DNA of 64,000 nt from an uncultured Candidatus Saccharibacteria bacterium (GTDB taxonomy: Bacteria; Patescibacteriota; JAQUNI01): the NCBI GenBank assembly GCA_964555185.1, contig CAZKRD010000002.1, forward strand, positions 245,268-309,267, written 5' to 3'. The notes beneath the pieces are model-generated. The model saw nothing but the letters and a program-made list of their open reading frames with translations. It was not told the origin of the DNA and did not search any database. Both the position numbers and the translations under genes were made by a program. Positions 56,359 through 64,000 of this stretch are shown here, in pieces (positions within the stretch are counted from its first letter, which is position 1; each line of letters begins with the position of its first letter).

Positions 56359-57072
56359 TTACTCGTCTTCCTCCACTAAACCCTCCAAGCTGTCTTCTAA
56401 GTCCAGGTCCAAGTTATCAATCACCTGTCCGGGAACCACCTCTTTTTCTTCTTCTTTTTTCTTGGAAGCGGTTATCTCTTCTTGGCTCATTTCTTTCTCA
56501 GCAACCATATCCTTCAAATCGCTTTTTTTGATAATATTCTCAATCGCCGCCCATTCTGACTCGCCTTTAACCGGCACAACCAGGGTAACCTCATCGCCAA
56601 CCTCACCCTTAAAATAGGTGATACTGGCAAGCAACACCTTATAGGTCTTGCTGTCCGCGACAACCTGATACTCGCCGTTTTCGTCCTGGGAGAGCACGCC
56701 CATAATTTTCTTCCTTGGTATAGGCCCGATCTGTTTGTAAATAAAGGATCCGTCTTCAGAAATAGTCAGCTTTAAGGTATCACCCTGAACAATTTTAGAT
56801 TTAGAGGCGTAATTCGCCGGCACTGGATATTCACTGCCGTCTGATCCAACCATATTTTGACCATTAAAAACACCTTGAACAATCCGGGATTTGCCTGTTT
56901 CCACGGCAAGCTCCTGGGCTTTTTGTAATATCTCTTTTTTGTCCACTTTCGGCTTTTGGGACCCCAAATCAGCTCCGGTTAATTCAGATATGATTTTTTT
57001 GGCCTGGGCTAAACTGGATTCAGCCTGCCCTAAAATTTCCCTAATTAAGCCTAATTTTTCTAAATCCGCCAT
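56359..57072 (-). CDS. Hypothetical protein with an acidic C-terminus
   Basis: No motif recognised. C-terminal 'DNLDLDLEDSLEGLVEEDE'. Confidence 0.35.
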   Translation of the reverse strand: MADLEKLGLIREILGQAESSLAQAKKIISELTGADLGSQKPKVDKKEILQKAQELAVETGKSRIVQGVFNGQNMVGSDGSEYPVPANYASKSKIVQGDTLKLTISEDGSFIYKQIGPIPRKKIMGVLSQDENGEYQVVADSKTYKVLLASITYFKGEVGDEVTLVVPVKGESEWAAIENIIKKSDLKDMVAEKEMSQEEITASKKKEEEKEVVPGQVIDNLDLDLEDSLEGLVEEDE

Positions 57073-57348
57073 TTTCTTTAATTTTCCTCTTTTTGTTTTA
57101 TCCCCCTGTTTTTACTAAGGAGAGAGGAATGTTTCTTTTTAATTAAAGTATATAAAGAAAGTATATCAAAAAATGAAATAAAAGTCAAATAAAGTTGCTT
57201 GACTTCTCTTCGCTTGAAAGCTATAATAAAAATAAGAGTGGCTTTCCTATGCTAAAAACAAAAATGAACCCAGTTAAAATCTTATTATTATCAAGTTACG
57301 AGAACATGTCAAGAAATAATAAAATTTCTAACTGAAGCTAAAAAACCA

Positions 57349-58311
57349 ATGAAAAACCCTAATCGGGTAAAAACAAAAAAAGTTACGATTATCAAAAATC
57401 AAGATCTGACCTGGTATGACCTTGAAAAACCCCAAAAAGAAGAATACGATATGCTCCGGAGAAAATTTCAGTTCCATCCTCTTGATATTCAAGACTGTAT
57501 CTCGCCCGTCCAAAGACCGAAAATTGACGAATACGATGATTATATTTTCTTAATCATCCGCCTGCCTTACTACAAAGAGAAAGAAAAGGTGATTATGGCG
57601 TCAGAATTGGATATCTTTATTGGTAAAGATTATCTGGTCACGATTCACCGCGGCAAGGTAAGCACCCTGAAAAGCTTTGTGGAAGAATGTAAATCTTATC
57701 AAAAAATCCGCGAAAAATATCTCCAATACGGACCGGGGTTCCTGCTCTATGAAATCCTGAAAAGAATGTTTGACCGCTGTTATCCCCTGCTTGATTCAAT
57801 CGGAGAAGAAATCGATCGTATGGAAAACAAAATGTTCCGCGGACACGAAAGAGAAACCGTAAAAACCATTGCCAATATCAAAAGGAACGTGATCAACTTC
57901 CGCAAGATAATGAAAGCCCACCGCCAAGTGATCAAAAAAATAATGGAGAGCGATAAATTCTTTCTCAACTTAAACGGGGCGCGCCTGCATCACCAAGCGA
58001 TCACCTTTAAATATGTCTTGGAAGAAATCGAAAACATCTGGGACATCCTAGACGGCCACGCCGAAACGATTTTCGCTCTGGACCGCACTAATGAGAGCTT
58101 AATCTCGCACCAGTTAAATAAAGTGATGAAAGCTCTAACCATTATCTCCGCGATCTTCCTGCCCGCGGCCTTGATCACTCAATTCTTCGGGATCTCCTTT
58201 GGTGATGCGCCCTTCACTCAAAACACAATCGGCATCCTCGCTATTCTTTTCGCGATTATTTTGACTTCGGCTTTGATGATCTTATTTTTCCGGAGAAAAA
58301 AATGGTTGTAA
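57349..58311 (+). CDS. corA: CorA-family divalent cation transporter
   Basis: CorA-like soluble N-domain, two C-terminal TMs with 'FFGISF' in place of the canonical YGMNF, C-terminal 'FFRRKKWL'. Confidence 0.65.
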   Translation: MKNPNRVKTKKVTIIKNQDLTWYDLEKPQKEEYDMLRRKFQFHPLDIQDCISPVQRPKIDEYDDYIFLIIRLPYYKEKEKVIMASELDIFIGKDYLVTIHRGKVSTLKSFVEECKSYQKIREKYLQYGPGFLLYEILKRMFDRCYPLLDSIGEEIDRMENKMFRGHERETVKTIANIKRNVINFRKIMKAHRQVIKKIMESDKFFLNLNGARLHHQAITFKYVLEEIENIWDILDGHAETIFALDRTNESLISHQLNKVMKALTIISAIFLPAALITQFFGISFGDAPFTQNTIGILAILFAIILTSALMILFFRRKKWL

Positions 58312-58424
58312 AATTTGAATATTTATACTATACTCAATAGCCAAACCTTTGGCTGTTTTTTATTCTGCTGCACTAGTGATAAACTACAAAATTGGGAAGA
58401 CATGAAACATAAGGAGAGGAAATT

Positions 58425-59129
58425 ATGCCGAAAAGAACTACTAAAGTACTGGATACTGGTTCAGGTATGATTAGTAAATTTGACAAAGCGCGAGACGGCT
58501 GGCTCATGAAAATTATACGCCGAGTACGCAAATGGCCCATTATAAGACACATTAGGGCAGATTGGCTGTCTGTCGGACGTATGATCATCGCTGTTGTCAA
58601 TATTATTCTATTCGCTCTTTTTATCAAATCAGGCGAAGAAAAATTTATTAGTCTGATTTTAGTCTTTACTATTAGTGCCTATTTATCAGATCTTATCGAT
58701 GGATCATGGGCGCGCGTAGAGATAGAGGATGGAACAAAAGATGAAAACTCAAGTTTTGGTGCTCTGATTGACAACGCGGCTGACAAAGCCATCTGTATTC
58801 CCAGTATGCTCTTTGTAATGTATTTGCTAAAAGTGTATTGGGTGCCGATTGTGATTATAGCACTAGAGGGCGTTTTAGGTTTATTGAGGATCATTATTGT
58901 CCGGAAATACAAGATCGAGGTTCGAGCTAATCATTACGGACAAATGAAAAATTGGGCGCATGGTTTTGGGATCTGCTTTATACTACTAGAGCTGACGGTC
59001 CCCGGAATGGCCTATATTGGTTACAACATGCTAAAATGGGTAGCCATTCCTATAACCATTATTAGCCTTGTAAATCACATAGGGAATGTACGACCTCAAA
59101 TAAGAGAACTCAAACGGGCTTCAAATTAA
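58425..59129 (+). CDS. CDP-alcohol phosphatidyltransferase-family protein
   Basis: 'DLIDGSWARV...SFGALIDNAADK' matches D-G-x2-A-R-x7-8-G-x3-D-x3-D. Confidence 0.7.
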   Translation: MPKRTTKVLDTGSGMISKFDKARDGWLMKIIRRVRKWPIIRHIRADWLSVGRMIIAVVNIILFALFIKSGEEKFISLILVFTISAYLSDLIDGSWARVEIEDGTKDENSSFGALIDNAADKAICIPSMLFVMYLLKVYWVPIVIIALEGVLGLLRIIIVRKYKIEVRANHYGQMKNWAHGFGICFILLELTVPGMAYIGYNMLKWVAIPITIISLVNHIGNVRPQIRELKRASN

Positions 59130-59192
59130 AAGCCCTTTTTTTTATTCATTTTTCAAGGTAGAATAAGAATAGTTTAAAATAAAGCTTAATTT

Positions 59193-60626
59193 ATGTCATT
59201 TGAACTCTATAACACCCAAACCAAAAAAAAAGAGAAGTTCAAGTCGCGAAATAGAGGAAAAGTGAATATGTACACCTGCGGGCCGACCGTCTATGACTAT
59301 GCTCATATCGGCAACTTCCGCTCTAACTTGACTGCAGATATCCTAAGGCGCTGGCTTGCTTATTTGGGATATGAAGTAACTCAAATCAAAAACATCACGG
59401 ATGTCGGCCATCTAGTTTCAGACGCGGACACAGGCGAAGACAAAATTGAAGCGGCGGCTAAAAAGAAAAAGGTTGACCCTTTTGAAATCTCACTGTTTTA
59501 TACCAAAAAGTTTTTTGAGGATGAACAAAAGCTCAATATCCTTCCTGCCCATAAATTCCCGCGCGCCACCAAACACATCAAGCAGATGATCAAAGCTGTT
59601 AAAACCTTGCTCAAAAAAGGACTTGCTTACGAAAAGCGAGGAAATGTTTTTTATGAAATCGCTAAATTTCCCGGATACGGGAAACTGTCCGGCAATACTT
59701 TAGAGAAACTAAAACAAGAAGCAAGAGTCCAAAAACATCCGGATAAAAAAAATCCTTTTGACTTCGCGCTTTGGAAGAAATCAGAACCAGGACACATTAT
59801 GAAATGGGATTCACCCTGGTCAGAAGGATATCCTGGCTGGCATATTGAATGTTCAGTGATGAGCATGGAATATCTGGGCGATACTCTGGATATTCATACT
59901 GGCGGGGAAGATAATATCTTTCCTCATCATGAAAACGAAATTGCTCAATCTGAAGGAATCACGGGTAAGCCTTTCTGCACTTTTTGGGTGCACACAAGCT
60001 GGCTTTTAGTTGACAATGCAAAAATGAGCAAATCCAAAAGTAATTTCTATACTCTGCGCGATCTTGAAAAAATGGGCTACTCCCCGCTTGCTTTCCGAAT
60101 GCTCGTTCTGCAGTCGCATTACAAAAAACACCTTAATTTCACGAAAGGCGCTATTACAGCAACCCAAGTAGGTTTGCAAAAAATTTACGATTTTATTGAA
60201 ACTCTGCTTCTCGATAAAGGCTATGAAAAAGGCGGCGCTCCACCGCGAGAAATCGATAAATTGATCAGAGAATACAAAGAAAAATTTGAGACAGCAATGA
60301 ATAATGATCTGAATACGCCGCAGGCAGTTGCCTCTCTTTTTGAATTTATTCGGAAAATAAACAGCCTTGCTCCTTTGCGCAAAAAAGAGGCAAAGCCGAT
60401 TTATGATTTCCTAATCCAACTCGATCAAGTTTTAGGTCTAAACTTAGACAAAATCGGGAAGCAAAAGCCCGCAATTCCCGTGAAAATAAAAAGCTTAATT
60501 CAAAAAAGAGAAGAAGCGCGGCAAAAAAAAGATTTTAAAAAAGCAGACGAGTTGAGGATAAAAATTGAAAAATTAGGATATCAATTAAAAGATTCTAAAA
60601 AAGAAACAGTTGTAAAAAAGAAATAA
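59193..60626 (+). CDS. cysS: Cysteine--tRNA ligase
   Basis: HIGH 'YAHIGNFRS'. KMSKS 'KMSKSKSN'. Zinc/Cys-binding 'HIECS'. Confidence 0.9.
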   Translation: MSFELYNTQTKKKEKFKSRNRGKVNMYTCGPTVYDYAHIGNFRSNLTADILRRWLAYLGYEVTQIKNITDVGHLVSDADTGEDKIEAAAKKKKVDPFEISLFYTKKFFEDEQKLNILPAHKFPRATKHIKQMIKAVKTLLKKGLAYEKRGNVFYEIAKFPGYGKLSGNTLEKLKQEARVQKHPDKKNPFDFALWKKSEPGHIMKWDSPWSEGYPGWHIECSVMSMEYLGDTLDIHTGGEDNIFPHHENEIAQSEGITGKPFCTFWVHTSWLLVDNAKMSKSKSNFYTLRDLEKMGYSPLAFRMLVLQSHYKKHLNFTKGAITATQVGLQKIYDFIETLLLDKGYEKGGAPPREIDKLIREYKEKFETAMNNDLNTPQAVASLFEFIRKINSLAPLRKKEAKPIYDFLIQLDQVLGLNLDKIGKQKPAIPVKIKSLIQKREEARQKKDFKKADELRIKIEKLGYQLKDSKKETVVKKK

Positions 60627-60832
60627 AAAAGACGTTAGGTTGTCTTCTAATGTCCAAAATAAACCTAACGCCATACTAATCAGGACCATTCTTAAAAATC
60701 TTATCAGGATCCGCTCCTTTCCAAGAGATGACGATCAGCAAAATAAATCCGAGCAAAGAAGCCAAGGGGTGACGAAGAACATCCTTTAACGTCCACGTGT
60801 CCTCTGTGGTCCAACTACTTTTACCTTTGATC

Positions 60833-61066
60833 TTAATCAACTCCCTCCAAATCGACAATATTGATAAGCAACTGCCCTTTCGTGGACATATCCTGCGTCC
60901 CTACTATTAGCTTCATCATACAGATTACAGGTGCTGCTATTATCACCGCAATTAAAAAGATTATAGCCATAATCAAATGCCTTACCAAAAAGGCATTTAA
61001 AATTCTTTCTGTCATTGCACTCACTTCCTTCTCCTTCAACATATTCTGATTATTCGTACGCCACAA
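60833..61066 (-). CDS. Small membrane protein (hypothetical)
   Basis: One TM 'LIMAIIFLIAVIIAAPVICMM'. Overlaps the upstream small gene end. The start is uncertain. Confidence 0.3.
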   Translation of the reverse strand: MWRTNNQNMLKEKEVSAMTERILNAFLVRHLIMAIIFLIAVIIAAPVICMMKLIVGTQDMSTKGQLLINIVDLEGVD

Positions 61067-61290
61067 GAACCATATTGAAAATGGATATCCAGATGCGGTA
61101 ATTCCGGATCCCGAACCGCCCTTATTACACTATTTATTCCTATTGTTAAAGATACGATCCCGACGACTATACCTGCCACATCTATCCTTTCAGGACGATA
61201 CAAAAATACCCACAACATAATTACTCCCGCTACCAGAAACGTAAGAATGGAAATCCAAATCAAACAAAAGTAACCAACATTCTTCAGCAT
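61036..61290 (-). CDS. Small two-TM membrane protein (hypothetical)
   Basis: Strong RBS GAGGAGGA 6 nt before the ATG at 61290. Confidence 0.4.
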   Translation of the reverse strand: MLKNVGYFCLIWISILTFLVAGVIMLWVFLYRPERIDVAGIVVGIVSLTIGINSVIRAVRDPELPHLDIHFQYGSCGVRIIRIC

Positions 61291-61525
61291 ATCTATCCTC
61301 CTCGTCTCACGAAAATTCTAAATATTCAATAGTTCTATACCTTAAACTCCTTTATTTTACCACCTTCTTCCTAATCTGTCCAATTTTTTGGAAAATAAAA
61401 AAGGCATTGCGAAGCAATGCCATACAGTCTACAAAGAACAATTGGTCACACTAATTTCGGCGGCAAACAGGTCACTACCTCCAGTCTAAACTCTTTACAC
61501 TTCAGCTTATAATACAATCTAACAG

Positions 61526-62533
61526 ATGTCTAACTTTTCCTGGCTTAAAATCAAAAAGCCTTTTTTATGTTTAGCGCCTTTAGCAGGGATTTCTGATTCG
61601 CCTTTCCGTCAAATCGCAAAAAACTTTGGCGCAGATCTTGTTTTTACGGAAATGGTTTCGGCAAAAGGTTTAGTGCACAACAGCGAAAAAACTTTTGATC
61701 TAATGCGCTTTACTCAAAAAGAAAGGCCAATCATCCTTCAGCTTTTCGGCAAGGAACCAAGGGCTTTTGCTAAAGCCGCTGAAATAATTGACAAATTGAA
61801 AGACTCCCAAAAACCTGACGGTCTTGATCTTAACTTGGGCTGTCCCGCGCGCAAGGTTAAGGCGCACGGTTCAGGCGTGAGTTTGATGAAAAAACCCAAA
61901 CTAGTCAATCAAATTATTGAAGCCATTGTTTTGAACACCGGCCTGCCTCTTTCAATTAAAATCCGCGCTGGCATTGCGAAAGAAAAAATCACTGCCTCCG
62001 ACTTTATCTCTAAAATCAACTGGCAGAAACTCTCCGCGATCACGATTCACGGCAGAACCCTAGGACAGGGTTTCTCGGGACCAATAGATTATCAACAAAT
62101 TAAAAAAGTGAAACAAGGGGCAAAAGGCAAGATAATTATTGCCAATGGCGGTATTTGTGATTCTGAAAGCGCCAAAACAATGCTCCGAGAGACAGATGCT
62201 GACGGTTTGATGATTGGCCAGGCCGCTTTTGGCAACCCCTGGGTTTTTTCTGAAATAAAGTACCCCAAAAAATCTTCGATTTTCCGGGGACCTCAAGTAA
62301 TAAAAAAGAGGGAGAAATACCAACCGCCTGCTTTGGAGGATAAAACAAAAATCGCCTTAAAACATACTAAGCTGATGATAGAATACAAGGGTGAAGAAAA
62401 GGGCGTCCGTGATATGCGCAAACACCTTCTTTGGTACTTCAAGGCTTTTCAAGGCGCGCGTAAATTAAGAAAAAAACTAACGGCCGTTTCGACTTATCGA
62501 GAACTTAAATCTGTTCTCTCTATCTTGAATTGA
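61526..62533 (+). CDS. tRNA-dihydrouridine synthase
   Basis: 'LAPLAGISDSPFRQIAKNFGADLVFTEMVSAKGL' Dus N-terminal motif. 'LNLGCPARKV' catalytic-Cys motif. Confidence 0.85.
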   Translation: MSNFSWLKIKKPFLCLAPLAGISDSPFRQIAKNFGADLVFTEMVSAKGLVHNSEKTFDLMRFTQKERPIILQLFGKEPRAFAKAAEIIDKLKDSQKPDGLDLNLGCPARKVKAHGSGVSLMKKPKLVNQIIEAIVLNTGLPLSIKIRAGIAKEKITASDFISKINWQKLSAITIHGRTLGQGFSGPIDYQQIKKVKQGAKGKIIIANGGICDSESAKTMLRETDADGLMIGQAAFGNPWVFSEIKYPKKSSIFRGPQVIKKREKYQPPALEDKTKIALKHTKLMIEYKGEEKGVRDMRKHLLWYFKAFQGARKLRKKLTAVSTYRELKSVLSILN

Positions 62534-62546
62534 ACATCGCATACTG

Positions 62547-63956
62547 GTGTGTTATACTAAAATGACTCAAAAAATAAATCTACAAATGAAAAATCGTATG
62601 GCAGATAATAAAAATCAAAAAATCAGCGGCCGCGTTCCGCCACAAAATCTGGAAGCGGAAAAATCAGTCTTGGGAGCGATTATGTTGGATAAAGACGCTT
62701 TAATCAAAATTGCCGACCGTCTGGGCGCCCGCGATTTCTATAGCGAAAAGCACAAAGAGATTTATGAATCCTGCCTCGAGCTTTATGAAGAACGAGAACC
62801 GATTGATGTTTTGAGTCTTTCCAATAAACTAGAGAACAAAAAGCTTACTGAAAAGTTGGGCGGTTCAAGTTATTTGACCAATCTTGTTAATGCCGTGCCT
62901 AGTGCGGCAAATGTCCTGCATTACGCGAAAATTGTAAGAGACAAAGCTACCTTGCGCCGTTTGATCCAGGCTGGCCAAAAAATTACAGAAGCGGGCTACC
63001 GCGAAGAAGAGGAAGACCTTGAAAAGATGATTGATCAAGCAGAGCAAAAATTGTTCGCAGTTTCCCAAAAATATTTAAAACAGAACTTTATCCCAATCCA
63101 AGACGTCCTAATCGAAGCCTTTGACCGAATTGACGAGTTACACAAAGACAAAGGCAAACTGCGAGGAATCCCGACTGGTTTTGCTGATCTTGACAACATT
63201 TTGGCTGGACTGCAAAGATCAGACCTGGTTATTTTAGCCTCCCGACCCTCTATGGGCAAGACCTCTTTAGCGCTTGATATTGTCCGTCAAGTAGCGACCC
63301 AAAGCAAGGTGCCGGTTGGACTCTTTAGCCTCGAAATGGGTAAAGAACAGCTCGTTGATCGTCTGCTTTGCGCTCAGGCTAATGTCGATCTTTGGAAAAT
63401 GCGTACTGGCAAAATCGGCGAAAGTGAATTCCCCAAAATCGGCGAAGCGATGGGAATATTAGCCGAAGCACCGATTTTTATTGACGATTCCGCAACCAGC
63501 AATATTATGGAAATGCGCACCAAAGCGCGACGGTTACAAGCTGAACACAAAATCGGACTTTTGATTGTTGATTATTTACAACTGATGGAAGGCCGCACAA
63601 CCGACAACCGCGTCCAAGAGGTTTCTGAAATCTCGCGTAATTTAAAGGCGCTCGCGAGAGAACTCGATATCCCCGTACTCGCTCTTTCCCAGCTGTCGCG
63701 CGCGGTTGAATCCCGCTCGCCCGCTATTCCTCAGCTTTCAGATCTACGCGAATCTGGATCGATCGAGCAGGACGCGGACGTGGTGATGTTTATCTATCGG
63801 GAAGTAATGTATAAGCGGGAAACCGATCGCGCGCATATCGCGGACATCTTCATTAAAAAACACCGCAATGGCCCGACCGGCCAAATTGAACTCTATTTTG
63901 ATGAAAACCGCGCCTCTTTTCGAAATCTGGATAGAACCCATGCCAAAAAAGGTTAA
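62547..63956 (+). CDS. dnaB: Replicative DNA helicase DnaB
   Basis: 'PPQNLEAEKSVLGAIM' N-terminal motif. Walker A 'ASRPSMGKTSLALDI'. 'IDYLQLM' and 'LSQLSRAVE' motifs. The exact start among several ATGs is uncertain. Confidence 0.9.
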   Translation: MCYTKMTQKINLQMKNRMADNKNQKISGRVPPQNLEAEKSVLGAIMLDKDALIKIADRLGARDFYSEKHKEIYESCLELYEEREPIDVLSLSNKLENKKLTEKLGGSSYLTNLVNAVPSAANVLHYAKIVRDKATLRRLIQAGQKITEAGYREEEEDLEKMIDQAEQKLFAVSQKYLKQNFIPIQDVLIEAFDRIDELHKDKGKLRGIPTGFADLDNILAGLQRSDLVILASRPSMGKTSLALDIVRQVATQSKVPVGLFSLEMGKEQLVDRLLCAQANVDLWKMRTGKIGESEFPKIGEAMGILAEAPIFIDDSATSNIMEMRTKARRLQAEHKIGLLIVDYLQLMEGRTTDNRVQEVSEISRNLKALARELDIPVLALSQLSRAVESRSPAIPQLSDLRESGSIEQDADVVMFIYREVMYKRETDRAHIADIFIKKHRNGPTGQIELYFDENRASFRNLDRTHAKKG

Positions 63957-64000
63957 AACTTAAAAATATGCTCCCAAATCTCAAAGACTTAAACAAATTA

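Noticed and set aside
1-64000. Search for rRNA genes, CRISPR arrays, integrase or recombinase genes, and toxin-antitoxin pairs
   Set aside because: None found by eye. The only mobile-element protein is the IS200-like TnpA.

Overview
The window is AT-rich with short, densely packed genes, strong AGGAGG-type ribosome-binding sites and long same-strand gene runs. Together with the gene content (MacAB-like efflux, FtsX-type permease, many nucleotide-salvage enzymes, few biosynthetic genes) this fits a small-genome bacterium, possibly Patescibacteria/CPR-like; that placement is inference only.

Housekeeping genes recognisable from motifs:
- Lon protease, HtpX, LexA
- DnaX, DnaB, XseA/XseB
- CysS, a Dus-family tRNA-dihydrouridine synthase, CorA
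- a CDP-alcohol phosphatidyltransferase, GtrA
- three tRNAs: Ala-CGC, Arg-CCG, Gln-TTG

Accessory content:
- Positions 146-8039 hold a translationally coupled minus-strand operon. It has six divergent tandem paralogs of a class-I SAM-methyltransferase-fold protein, each with a distinctive W-rich N-terminal extension. A glutathionylspermidine-synthase-like ATP-grasp amidoligase and an alpha/beta-hydrolase sit inside the array, which is interrupted by a MITE-like palindromic element. This is the strongest candidate in the window for an undescribed small-molecule or peptide modification system.
- A small Cys-rich membrane peptide and an 87-aa protein lie next to a secreted subtilase, near tRNA-Ala.
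- There are at least three families of GC-rich palindromic repeats, including a REP/RAYT-style IS200-like transposase flanked by inverted hairpins.
- A presenilin-like intramembrane aspartyl protease is encoded next to lon.
- Two islands of visibly higher G+C (a FucI/AraA-like isomerase and a 249-aa internally duplicated protein) look horizontally acquired.
- A neighbourhood is rich in nucleotide-processing enzymes: LOG + PRTase, CYTH, a deiminase-like protein + SurE, HhH-GPD, an NDT-like protein and NUDIX.
- An ArsR/thioredoxin/permease/CcdA thiol-redox operon sits beside a B12-radical-SAM gene.

No rRNA or CRISPR array was seen.
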